Shown here one piece after another: positions 55,600 to 64,000 of a DNA stretch of 64,000 nucleotides. Below the pieces are notes generated by a model. The model searched no databases. It worked only from the letters and a program-made list of their open reading frames with translations, and was not told the DNA's origin. The position numbers and the translations under genes are program-made. Source of the stretch: an uncultured Candidatus Saccharibacteria bacterium. GTDB lineage: Bacteria; Patescibacteriota; Minisyncoccia; UBA6257; 2-01-FULL-56-20. Numbering within the stretch: position 1 is the stretch's first letter; each line of letters begins with the position of its first letter. The stretch lies in the NCBI GenBank assembly GCA_964530925.1, contig CAZHBZ010000003.1, positions 33-64,032 on the forward strand, written 5' to 3'.

Positions 55600-56319
55600 T
55601 TATCGAAGCGGCTCCACTTTGAAAACCACTTTATAAGAGTCAGGGGTCGGCATTAATGTCGAAATTCTTACCGGCCTTACTTCAGTTATGGAAACCTCGA
55701 AAGAGTCGAATGCCTTTGGGGATTGGTTAGAAGACATATCCAAAGTTTCTTTATCGGTGTCGCTTAGAAGCGTCACATTGGCGGTCACCCATCCGGCTTG
55801 AATACATTGAACATCCAGCGGACAACGGCTGTCGGAAACAATTTTATTCAAAGTAATTTTTATACCGCCGACATATTTTGTCTCGCCGACTCCGATAATA
55901 TTGTCCGGAGCCGCTTCTTTCAATGATTCAACTTCAAGGCGATTTCCTTCCGTGAATGTTCCCCGAACTTCAACATTTTTATCTATAAACTCCTGGAGAA
56001 CATCGCTAACTTTGATATTTAAGGGCATCGCATAGGTCGCGGAATTAATCGCTTCCTTTGGCGCCGCGGTTATGAGCCGGAAGCCATCGCTATCCTGTTT
56101 TAAAATACCGGTAAAGGCGCGTTGGTTCGAACAGGCGGTAAAAGCGCATTTCGGACCGGTCCTCCCGACATATGAACCATCCGGGCAGATTAGGGCTTCC
56201 ATGGTGCAGAAAACTTGGTTTTCCTCCGGCTCGGAAACTTTTCCTCTTATGAAAAATGTCATGCCAAGAGCGACTAAGAGAAGGACCGCGAGCAGAGCCA
56301 CCTTTTTTATTATTTGCAT
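55600..56319 (-). CDS. membrane-anchored Cys-rich hypothetical protein
   Basis: CTMEALICPDGSYVGR..PKC; DSRCPLDVQCIQAG. Confidence 0.7.
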   Translation of the reverse strand: MQIIKKVALLAVLLLVALGMTFFIRGKVSEPEENQVFCTMEALICPDGSYVGRTGPKCAFTACSNQRAFTGILKQDSDGFRLITAAPKEAINSATYAMPLNIKVSDVLQEFIDKNVEVRGTFTEGNRLEVESLKEAAPDNIIGVGETKYVGGIKITLNKIVSDSRCPLDVQCIQAGWVTANVTLLSDTDKETLDMSSNQSPKAFDSFEVSITEVRPVRISTLMPTPDSYKVVFKVEPLR

Positions 56320-56336
56320 AGCCTAATTATACAAAA

Positions 56337-56831
56337 TCAACCGATCTTTATTATTTTGTATTTCTTTTCTCCGCCCGGGGTTTTTATGCCAACAATGTCG
56401 CCCATCTTTTTTCCGAGAAGCGCTTCACCCAAAGGGGATTTGTTGGAGATTCTTCCGGAGCCGGGATTGGTTTCAATAGAACCGACTATCTCGAAGATTT
56501 TTTCATCGCCGTTCAGATCCAGGGTGACCCTGGAACCGATCTGAACGATTCCAAGATTTTTGACCGGACTTATCAAAGCCGCGCGTCTTAATCTGTCTTC
56601 CGTTCCGATTATCTGCGAATTGGCCCTCCGGAGAGCCGACTTCGCTTCTCGATATTCCGCGCTATCGGAACGATCGCCGTAGGCCGCGGTGCGCTTAGTC
56701 TCTTCGATAAGCCGCGGCAAGGATTCCTTAAGCCTCGCAAGCCGTTTTTTAAGATTCTCGATACCCTCTGCGGTAAGGTAAACCGGCCCGGTATCTGGGA
56801 CTCTATTATCTTGCCTTCGCGTGAATATCAT
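56337..56831 (-). CDS. GreA/GreB family transcription elongation factor
   Basis: LTAEG..L; GDRSDSAEY; RIS.KSPLG.AL. Confidence 0.88.
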   Translation of the reverse strand: MIFTRRQDNRVPDTGPVYLTAEGIENLKKRLARLKESLPRLIEETKRTAAYGDRSDSAEYREAKSALRRANSQIIGTEDRLRRAALISPVKNLGIVQIGSRVTLDLNGDEKIFEIVGSIETNPGSGRISNKSPLGEALLGKKMGDIVGIKTPGGEKKYKIIKIG

Positions 56832-56835
56832 ACTT

Positions 56836-58293
56836 CTATTTTAACGCATCCAGATCCAAAATCTGATCTATCTTTATCTTCGCAACAAAGTCGGGAACGT
56901 GGCTCACTAGTATCATTGCTCCCTCAAAGCGATTTAAAGCGTTCGCGATTATAGGAATATGGCGGAAGTTTATATGATTTGTCGGCTCGTCGAGTATCAA
57001 GAGCCCCGGGCGTTCCAAGACCAGTCGCGCGAAAGCAACCAATCCTTTCTGGCCCTCGGAGAGGGAACCTATTTTTGTTTTTAATATTTCCGATGTCAAA
57101 AGAAAGCCGGCGGCGTGGGAGCGCAGATCTTCTTCGGTCATTTTGCCAGCCGCGTCCTTCAAGGTGTTGTAAACGGTTTCCTCGAAATTAAGTGTGGAAA
57201 AATCCTGACGATAATAGCCGATCCGCGCGTCCTTTGAGACATGTTCGCCTTTGGCGTGGCCGGAAGCGAGAGCTTCGAGAAGCGTGGTCTTGCCGATGCC
57301 ATTCGGACCGGTCAAAAGCAAATGCTCTTTTTTCTTTAAGACGATATCTACTTTTTTTGCCGTCGCCTTATGATTTTTAATGACGGAAACGGATTTCAAA
57401 GTAAGAATCGGATTTTCCAGGTCCTCCTGGCAGGGGATAACGAAGTTCCTTATAGTCTTGTCTTCCTGCCGGGTTTCCACGATCTCGCCCTCAAGCTTCT
57501 CGATGTTCTCTTTCATTTTTCGTGCCACATCGCGCATGTGGCCTCCTTTTTGGGCGAAAAAATTAGCCTGTTCCTTGCGATGGGCGATTTCTTTCTCGAG
57601 CCGCACGTTTTTCATTCTTTCCCTTTCCAGGCGATTCTTGATCTCTTCCACCAAGAAAAGATAGTTGCCGGCATATTGCTCGGTCTTTTTGGTGAAGATA
57701 TCCAGGTAAATTACACCCTCCGTAAACGAATTCAAAAACTCCGCGTCGTGAGAGATGACGATAACCGTTTTTTTATATTCCTTAAGGAACTTGGTGAGAT
57801 GGGCGATTCCTTCTTTATCCAAATTATTGGTTGGCTCATCAAGAAGTAAAATATCCGAGTCCTGGATGAGCGCCTGGGCCAAGAGAAGTCTGGCCTGTTG
57901 GCCGCCCGAGAAAGTCTTGAGCTGTCTGTCGAGCGGAGCGTCCAAATTTACGACTTCTAAAATTTTCGCGATACGCGGTTCAATATCGTATATTTTTTTT
58001 GAAAAAGCGGACTCAAAAAATTCTTTGACGGTCGAATCCATTTGGGAACGGGGGATTACCTGCTTGGAAAGCGCGATAGTGAGACCGTTGCCGATATTGA
58101 TGGCGCCGGATTCCGGTTCTATCTCTCCGGTTATAAGTTTAAATATGGTGCTTTTCCCCGAGCCGTTCTGGCCCATCAGGGTTATTTTAGAGCCTCGGCG
58201 CACCGAAAACTCCGCTTCTTCTAGAATCGGTTTCTGCGGTCCGTATTCGAAAGATACGCCGTTAAATCTAAGGATTACCTCGTTTGTTGCCAT
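56836..58293 (-). CDS. ABC-F family ATPase
   Basis: Two nucleotide-binding domains (GQNGSGKS, GPNGIGKT), DEPTNNLD and DEPTNH motifs; no TM helices. Confidence 0.92.
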   Translation of the reverse strand: MATNEVILRFNGVSFEYGPQKPILEEAEFSVRRGSKITLMGQNGSGKSTIFKLITGEIEPESGAINIGNGLTIALSKQVIPRSQMDSTVKEFFESAFSKKIYDIEPRIAKILEVVNLDAPLDRQLKTFSGGQQARLLLAQALIQDSDILLLDEPTNNLDKEGIAHLTKFLKEYKKTVIVISHDAEFLNSFTEGVIYLDIFTKKTEQYAGNYLFLVEEIKNRLERERMKNVRLEKEIAHRKEQANFFAQKGGHMRDVARKMKENIEKLEGEIVETRQEDKTIRNFVIPCQEDLENPILTLKSVSVIKNHKATAKKVDIVLKKKEHLLLTGPNGIGKTTLLEALASGHAKGEHVSKDARIGYYRQDFSTLNFEETVYNTLKDAAGKMTEEDLRSHAAGFLLTSEILKTKIGSLSEGQKGLVAFARLVLERPGLLILDEPTNHINFRHIPIIANALNRFEGAMILVSHVPDFVAKIKIDQILDLDALK

Positions 58294-58385
58294 GGTTTAA
58301 GAGCTGAGCAAGAGCTTTATCTTGCACTATTTTGAGGTTTTACGCAATCTTCTCTAAATTACTTGTCTAAACTATAATTTTTTGT

Positions 58386-58895
58386 ATGGAAAACCAAAAT
58401 GTCATATCTGTCGGGCAGGATGGATTTCTTGTTTGGAACGGAGAAAGATTCAAGTGCGCTATCGGAAAGTCCGGTATGTTTGAGGACAAAAAAGAAGGAG
58501 ATGGTGGAACTCCCGTCGGCTGTTTCGCTTTGCGAGAAGTTTTTTACAGAGCTGATAAGATCGCCAAACCAACCACCGCCCTCCCGGTTCGCGCGCTAGA
58601 GAAAAACGACGGATGGTGCGATGAGTCGACCGATCCAAATTACAACAAACGGGTTTCGTTGCCATACGCGGCGAGTCACGAAGAACTTTGGAGGGAAGAC
58701 GATCTTTACGACATTATAGTGCCTGTCGGGTACAACGATGACCCGACCGTATCGGGGAAAGGAAGTGCTATCTTTATGCACGTGGCGCGGCCAGCTTTTA
58801 CGCCAACAGCTGGATGCGTCGCCCTATCCCTTCCTGACCTTCTAAAGATATTGTCCGAAATAACAGCCGAAACAAAGATTTGTATCTCCAAATAA
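58386..58895 (+). CDS. L,D-transpeptidase (YkuD-like) family protein
   Basis: KKEGDGGTP.G; GSAIFMH...TAGCV. Confidence 0.85.
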   Translation: MENQNVISVGQDGFLVWNGERFKCAIGKSGMFEDKKEGDGGTPVGCFALREVFYRADKIAKPTTALPVRALEKNDGWCDESTDPNYNKRVSLPYAASHEELWREDDLYDIIVPVGYNDDPTVSGKGSAIFMHVARPAFTPTAGCVALSLPDLLKILSEITAETKICISK

Positions 58896-58930
58896 CCAAA
58901 ACCCCCGCGAGAGCGGGGGTTTTTCAATGC

Positions 58931-59422
58931 TTATTTCTTTTTCTTCGGAGCAGCTTTCTTTTCGGTCTTTTTCTTGGATTTAATATCCGATTCAATCTTT
59001 TCCAAGTTTTTGTAGAACTCCGGAGTGGCCATCGGCTTTCTGGCCTTAACAGCCTCTTCTTCATCCTTATTCCTCCTCAAGCCCTCAAGAAGACCGAGAG
59101 CCTTATCCAATTTTGATTCCAAAGATTCGATTTTGCGCTTCAGTTCATCCATTTTTACGTCGCCACCCTGAAATTGCGGAGCGCGGGGAGCAAAGTCTCT
59201 CCTTTCCGGTCTCGCGCCATGGGAATCGCCACGGCTCGCGCCAAAGCAGTCATTGCAGTAAACGGGTCGCTCTCCGGTTGGCCTAAATGGCACTTCGCAG
59301 GAGTTTCCGCATTTGGCGCAGGTAGCCCGGAACATTTCTCCTCTTCCGTTCTCATGCCTTGGTCCGCCGAAATTACGACCTCCCGACCTGCCGCCGCCGC
59401 TAAATCTCTTAAAATTTCCCAT
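58931..59422 (-). CDS. CxxC-x17-CxxC domain protein
   Basis: CAKCG..CEVPFRPTGERPVYCNDCF. Confidence 0.88.
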   Translation of the reverse strand: MGNFKRFSGGGRSGGRNFGGPRHENGRGEMFRATCAKCGNSCEVPFRPTGERPVYCNDCFGASRGDSHGARPERRDFAPRAPQFQGGDVKMDELKRKIESLESKLDKALGLLEGLRRNKDEEEAVKARKPMATPEFYKNLEKIESDIKSKKKTEKKAAPKKKK

Positions 59423-59574
59423 TTGTTTATTTTGTTATTTTTGGGTTTCTTGACTAAGTAGCAAGATTATATTCTTTTATGGAGAAAATAGCAATAGCTA
59501 GGGAAAGGGCCGTATCTCCGGCCTGTGCATTAGCCTGCTTGCCCCTCGGGAGGGCAGGGGAGGATAATTTATAT

Positions 59575-59805
59575 ATGACCAAACAAACGTCTCTAAGAAT
59601 AATATTTTATGTTGCTCTTTTCGGACTGATGTTTTCCGGATACCTTTCTTATCAGGAATTATTTGGCGAAGCGGTAGCAACCTGTCCGGCCATCGGTCCG
59701 GCCGATACTGTGTTCGGTTATCCAGCTTGTATCTATGGATTTTTTGTATACTTCGTAATTGCCGTTGTCGCCGGCTTGGCTGCTTGGAGGCCAGACGATA
59801 AATAG
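59575..59805 (+). CDS. small membrane protein resembling the N-terminal half of VKOR
   Basis: GLMFSGYLSY...C...FGYPACIYG. Confidence 0.6.
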   Translation: MTKQTSLRIIFYVALFGLMFSGYLSYQELFGEAVATCPAIGPADTVFGYPACIYGFFVYFVIAVVAGLAAWRPDDK

Positions 59806-59863
59806 GAAGTTAGAAAAAATTAAATGCCCCGCGGGAAATATAGGATTCCCCGGGGCATTTTGT

Positions 59864-60115
59864 TTAGACGAGAAAAACGAGAATGAGAAAGACAAGGAAT
59901 GCCACGGCAAGAGCGGCGAGGAAAGAACGAGCGACGATCTTCGGATGGCTTTTGCAGGCCTCCTTGCACGACTCACAGCTTTCGAATATGAGCTTCAGGA
60001 GCCAATGCTCCAGTCTGACTTCCTTCCTTTTCAAATAGCAGGCAAACCGCATGAATAGGTAGGCGGCGGCCCAGACCCCAAGGAACACGTAGAGTATCGC
60101 GAAGAAGAGTCCCAT
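59864..60115 (-). CDS. small two-TM protein
   Basis: AAAGGAG SD; hairpin downstream. Confidence 0.5.
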   Translation of the reverse strand: MGLFFAILYVFLGVWAAAYLFMRFACYLKRKEVRLEHWLLKLIFESCESCKEACKSHPKIVARSFLAALAVAFLVFLILVFLV

Positions 60116-60185
60116 AACGTCTCCTTTCTGCTTAATCTTAGCATTTCCGCAGCCGTTAGTCCTAATTTTGAGTTATCAACAACAT

Positions 60186-60208
60186 ACTACCTTGCGGAAC
60201 AAGGTAGT
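60186..60208. promoter_or_regulatory. probable PadR operator
   Basis: ACTACCTTG-N5-CAAGGTAGT inverted repeat 18 nt upstream of padR. Confidence 0.65.
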
Positions 60209-60226
60209 GAGTGATATGCTGACCAT

Positions 60227-60568
60227 ATGGAAGAAAAAGAGGGTCTAAATATAGAAAACTCCCGTTCTCAAATGCGCCGCGGGCTTTTAGAGTTTTGCGC
60301 GCTTGCGGTTATTTCCAAGGAAGAAATGTACGCCTCAGACATCCTTGAAGCTCTGAAAGACGCTGATTTGATAGTCGTCGAGGGAACGCTATATCCGCTT
60401 CTTAGCCGACTTAAGGGCGAGGGGCTCCTTAAATACGTATGGGTCGAGTCGAGTTCCGGACCGCCAAGGAAATATTATTCTCTGACTCCCAGGGGTCAGG
60501 AATTCTTGGAGAAGCTCAAGGTCACATGGAAAGCTCTCAATAAATCAATAGACTCACTCGTTAAATAA
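60227..60568 (+). CDS. PadR family transcriptional regulator
   Basis: QMRRGLLE, EGTLYPLLSRL and GPPRKYY motifs. Confidence 0.93.
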   Translation: MEEKEGLNIENSRSQMRRGLLEFCALAVISKEEMYASDILEALKDADLIVVEGTLYPLLSRLKGEGLLKYVWVESSSGPPRKYYSLTPRGQEFLEKLKVTWKALNKSIDSLVK

Positions 60569-60582
60569 AACAAAATAAACCA

Positions 60583-62283
60583 ATGAAAAAAACCATAACG
60601 ATAACAATAGGCAATACAATCTTTTATGTTGAGGAAGACGCTTTTTCAGAGCTCTCAAAATATTTGGATTCAGTAAAGTCGCATTTCGCGAACCGCCCCG
60701 ATGGCGAAGAAATAATCGCCGATATCGAAAGCCGCATCGCGGAGCATTTTTTGAAAGGAAGGGGACACAAGGAGCGAACTGTGACCATTAATGATGTGGA
60801 AACCCTTATCACTTCTATGGGCAAGCCCGAAGAGTTCGCGGATGGGGAAGGTTCCGAATCTGCCTCGGAAGGGAAGCAAAGCGGCGCGCCCCACAAAAAA
60901 CTTTATCGGGATACGAGCGATATGATGGCCGGAGGAGTAGCGTCCGGAATAGCGGCATATCTGGGAATTGAACCGATCATCATGAGGATTGCCTTTGTCT
61001 TGTTCACTCTATCTTGGGGATTTGGAATCGCGATTTATATTCTCCTTTGGATTCTTATGCCGGAAGCTAAAACAGCTTCGGAAAAACTCCAAATGAAGGG
61101 TGACCCCATAACGTTAAAATCTATCGACAAGGCGATGAAACAAACCGCGGAAAAGATTAAAAACGAAACTTGGTGGAAAAAAACGGCTCGGGCGATATCC
61201 GAGACGTTGTCCGCAACTTTCGGAGTTATCTTTAAAAAAATAATCCCGATCTTCTTTAAGGTTATCGTTATTATTATCGGCGTATCGATATTGGTTTCGG
61301 CCATATTCGCGCTCCTGGGGATTACTTTTGGTTTTGCGGTCTTGATTTTTAATCTGGACTCGACCCTTATCGACTTTCCGCTCCGGACCATCCTTTCAGG
61401 CGGCTTACTTCTTACGACCCTCATTTCCGCGTTTCTCGCTGTCGTGATTCCGGTCATTTTTATCCTTATCTCCGGCCTGTTGCTTGCGAGGATGCGAATG
61501 ATGCAAAAAGGCTGGCTGGCATTGGGTCTTTTGGGATTATGGTTTGCCTCGCTCATTGCCCTCGGGGTTTGCGCGACAAAAATAGTTCCGGCCTATCAAT
61601 ACGCCGTCGTGAATAACCCGGAATTTAAAACCGTTGCCAAAACTTATGAGGGCATTCAGGATTTTAGCCGGATAAACGCGATTGGCCATGTGACCTTAGA
61701 AATTCGGGAAGGGGAAAAGTTTTCGGTTGAGGCCACTGGAACGGAAAAAGAACTGCAATCCTTTACTCTCGAATCAAAAGATGGCGTTCTTACGATTGAT
61801 CGCGCGTTCATCGCCAAAAACGGCAAGATATGCCTTTTCTGTTTCAGTAAAAATGTTTACTTCAAAATAACCGCTCCGAAATACGATTCTATTCGGATAG
61901 ACGGCGGCGGTCGCATTGATGCCGAACTCCCGACGGCGACCACGCTTGATTTAAAGGCGGAAAGCGGCTCAAGCGCTGTGGTTCGCCTTGGAACGCTAGA
62001 AAGCCTTCTCGCTACGCTTAAGAGCGGTTCCTGGGGGAGAATAGAGGGCGCGGCGGCGCTCGCCATGTTCGACTTGGAAAGTGGTTCTACTTTGGACGCC
62101 GAGAATCTCATCGCCAAAGAGGTAAATGTTTCCGCGAAGAGCGGTTCTTCGGCAAGAGTGAGCGCGGAAACAGAGCTTCGGGCTGAAGCGAGAAGCGGTA
62201 GCTCGATTATTTACTGGGGCGAACCGGAGTTAACAATTGATGAAAGCGGAGGCTCGAACGTGAGGCAAATCAGAGAATATTAA
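60583..62283 (+). CDS. PspC domain protein with a C-terminal DUF2807-like beta-helix
   Basis: EIIADIESRIAE; KLYRD...GGVASGIAAY; repeated SGS beta-helix turns. Confidence 0.88.
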   Translation: MKKTITITIGNTIFYVEEDAFSELSKYLDSVKSHFANRPDGEEIIADIESRIAEHFLKGRGHKERTVTINDVETLITSMGKPEEFADGEGSESASEGKQSGAPHKKLYRDTSDMMAGGVASGIAAYLGIEPIIMRIAFVLFTLSWGFGIAIYILLWILMPEAKTASEKLQMKGDPITLKSIDKAMKQTAEKIKNETWWKKTARAISETLSATFGVIFKKIIPIFFKVIVIIIGVSILVSAIFALLGITFGFAVLIFNLDSTLIDFPLRTILSGGLLLTTLISAFLAVVIPVIFILISGLLLARMRMMQKGWLALGLLGLWFASLIALGVCATKIVPAYQYAVVNNPEFKTVAKTYEGIQDFSRINAIGHVTLEIREGEKFSVEATGTEKELQSFTLESKDGVLTIDRAFIAKNGKICLFCFSKNVYFKITAPKYDSIRIDGGGRIDAELPTATTLDLKAESGSSAVVRLGTLESLLATLKSGSWGRIEGAAALAMFDLESGSTLDAENLIAKEVNVSAKSGSSARVSAETELRAEARSGSSIIYWGEPELTIDESGGSNVRQIREY

Positions 62284-62284
62284 A

Positions 62285-63370
62285 TTAGCGGAGCCCCGTA
62301 TCGCAAGAGATATTCGCTTCGGTGAAAGCGCCGGGCTTAACGATTATTTTTGGATGTTCGCAGCTTGGGATCTTAGCTTCACCCACGCCCAGAATATATT
62401 CTCCGGGAGGGAGAACTGCTTCAAATGTTCCGTCATCCTTGCTTTCGGTAAAACTAAAAGCGTGAACCGGATCATTGGCCGGGAAAATCGCTATAAGAGT
62501 TTTATATGGCTTGTCCGCGCAATTCTTTTCGGACGAGACCGGTCCGGGGCAGGTGGGTCCCATCATAACCACTCCGCGGACTCCGGAGTTATTAGGAAGA
62601 ATACTTTCGCTTTTCTCGGAAACGCACCCGGTATAAGTTTCCTTGTTATTTTCGAGAATTAGCGCCGTGTCGCCCTTACTAAAGAAAACAAAAGAGTCGT
62701 TGGTTGTCGCGTAGCGAATCCCACTTCCGGAAATTGTTTGAGGCAATTTTATCTGCCGACCATCGCTAAGCTTAAGTGAAACGCTTCCGGTCGGAGTCGG
62801 CGGTTCTCCTGGTTTTGGCATAGGCGCGACCGGGCCTTCATAGTAGCTGGCTTCGATGGTTTTGCCGGCATCACATTTATAGACCATTTCGCTTATGAGT
62901 TTATCGGTAATATTTTTTCCGGAAAAAACGGAAAGGCTTACATCGCATGGGCATTGGACCGGTTCATTTTCACCTCCACCTTTAAAGTCGGTGGAAAAGC
63001 TTACGATTATGTAGTTCCCGCTTTTCACGTAAGCGGTGATAGACGCTCCGGGGCCTCCGGCGGCAAGCGAATTGTCAATCGCCCAGCCTTCGGCGGTTAA
63101 TTTTTCCGCGTAATACTTTTCAAAAGGATAGGTGGCTTCGGCGATATTCGTCGTGTCTTTCGCCGCGATGGCGGTAATTTCATAACCAGTCAGCTTCTCG
63201 AATGTTTTAGGCTGAACCTCGCTCCAGGTTGCGCCCGAATACAGCGGATAAACGTCGGCCGGAAGGTTTCCCAGAACTGGCGCGACGGCTTTATTTTTTA
63301 GGCCCAAGAGGGTCAGCGCGACCAGAAAAACTATCACTGCCGAACCCGCGATAACCAATATCTTTTTCAT
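62285..63370 (-). CDS. membrane-anchored multidomain protein with an MliC-like domain
   Basis: YKCD.GK.I...LPQTISGSGIRY...F.SKG; C-terminal GPTCP module. Confidence 0.7.
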   Translation of the reverse strand: MKKILVIAGSAVIVFLVALTLLGLKNKAVAPVLGNLPADVYPLYSGATWSEVQPKTFEKLTGYEITAIAAKDTTNIAEATYPFEKYYAEKLTAEGWAIDNSLAAGGPGASITAYVKSGNYIIVSFSTDFKGGGENEPVQCPCDVSLSVFSGKNITDKLISEMVYKCDAGKTIEASYYEGPVAPMPKPGEPPTPTGSVSLKLSDGRQIKLPQTISGSGIRYATTNDSFVFFSKGDTALILENNKETYTGCVSEKSESILPNNSGVRGVVMMGPTCPGPVSSEKNCADKPYKTLIAIFPANDPVHAFSFTESKDDGTFEAVLPPGEYILGVGEAKIPSCEHPKIIVKPGAFTEANISCDTGLR

Positions 63371-63421
63371 ACCTTTAGTTTAGCAGAAAAGCTTCTTGGG
63401 CGGACGTGTTAAAATTTATAT

Positions 63422-64000
63422 ATGTATGCGTACGCATATCTCGTCGGTTGCGGCATCCTGGCCATTTTTTGGACCACAATCTATCTGAAAAGGGGAGACC
63501 TGCGGAAAGAGATACTTTGGGCGAGTTTCGCGGGAATGCCTTTCGGAGTTTTGGATTATTTTTTGGTTCCGCGTTATTGGCACCCGGATTCCTTGTTCAA
63601 TCTCATAAACAGATTCGGAATGGGAATCGAGAGCTTCCTTTTCTTATTTTTCATGTCGGGGCTTTGTTCTGTTATATACGAGTTTGTTTTCAGAAAGAAA
63701 ATTGAAAAAACAAACAAACACGGAAGCCACGTTCTGGCCTTAGTTGCACCCCTCGCGGCCTTTTTTGCGTTTGCGATATTCTTTCCTGGCGAAGCTATTT
63801 ACGTTTTTATTGCCGCCGGAATTATTGGAACCTTTTTTATCGTCCTCGCGCGCCGGGATCTTTTACTCAAAGCTATTTTCTCGGGGGTGCTTTTCGCCAT
63901 CTTCTATGGCTTCGTGTTCTTTCTGGTCGTCAGGCTCTTCCCGGAATTGGTACAAAATTTTTACAATTTGGAAAATATGGCAGGAATTTTTATTGCCGGC
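63422..64000 (+). CDS. membrane protein, lycopene-cyclase-domain-like (runs off the window end)
   Basis: Hand translation gives MYAYAYLVGC...KRGDLRKEILW...PRYWHP...GIESFLF...SVIYE...RRDL. Confidence 0.65.
   Translation, partial: MYAYAYLVGCGILAIFWTTIYLKRGDLRKEILWASFAGMPFGVLDYFLVPRYWHPDSLFNLINRFGMGIESFLFLFFMSGLCSVIYEFVFRKKIEKTNKHGSHVLALVAPLAAFFAFAIFFPGEAIYVFIAAGIIGTFFIVLARRDLLLKAIFSGVLFAIFYGFVFFLVVRLFPELVQNFYNLENMAGIFIAG

Overview
A 64-kb chromosomal segment that looks like a Patescibacteria/CPR (Parcubacteria-like) genome in genetic code 11. The assignment is inferred from the short EF-Ts, HhH-less UvrC, alpha2-type GlyRS, pilin-LamG fusion, DUF5666/5667/5671 proteins and the lack of Shine-Dalgarno motifs on core genes. 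The backbone is housekeeping: uvrC, typA, rpsP, khpA, efp, mnmA, rpsB, tsf, gmk, tRNA-Tyr, recO, glyQS, mreB, holB, frr, rseP, pyrD, obgE, nadK, a greA-family gene, a DEAD-box helicase, an ABC-F protein, two ECF sigma/anti-sigma clusters, a MacAB-like operon and padR-pspC. Orphan single-gene cassettes sit between these genes. No integrase, transposase, reverse transcriptase, cas gene or CRISPR array was seen. The most unusual signals are non-coding: (1) a ~520-nt promoter-to-terminator structured RNA upstream of uvrC, built from ~70-nt units that each appear able to form a pseudoknot; (2) two more candidate structured RNAs between mreB and holB, bracketed by inverted heptamer arrays; (3) a synonymously recoded duplicate of the typA 5' end, with an antisense copy of the same motif between the two starts; (4) several families of small palindromic repeats, some inserted in frame inside mnmA and uvrC. 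All RNA structures were assigned by eye and no searches were run.
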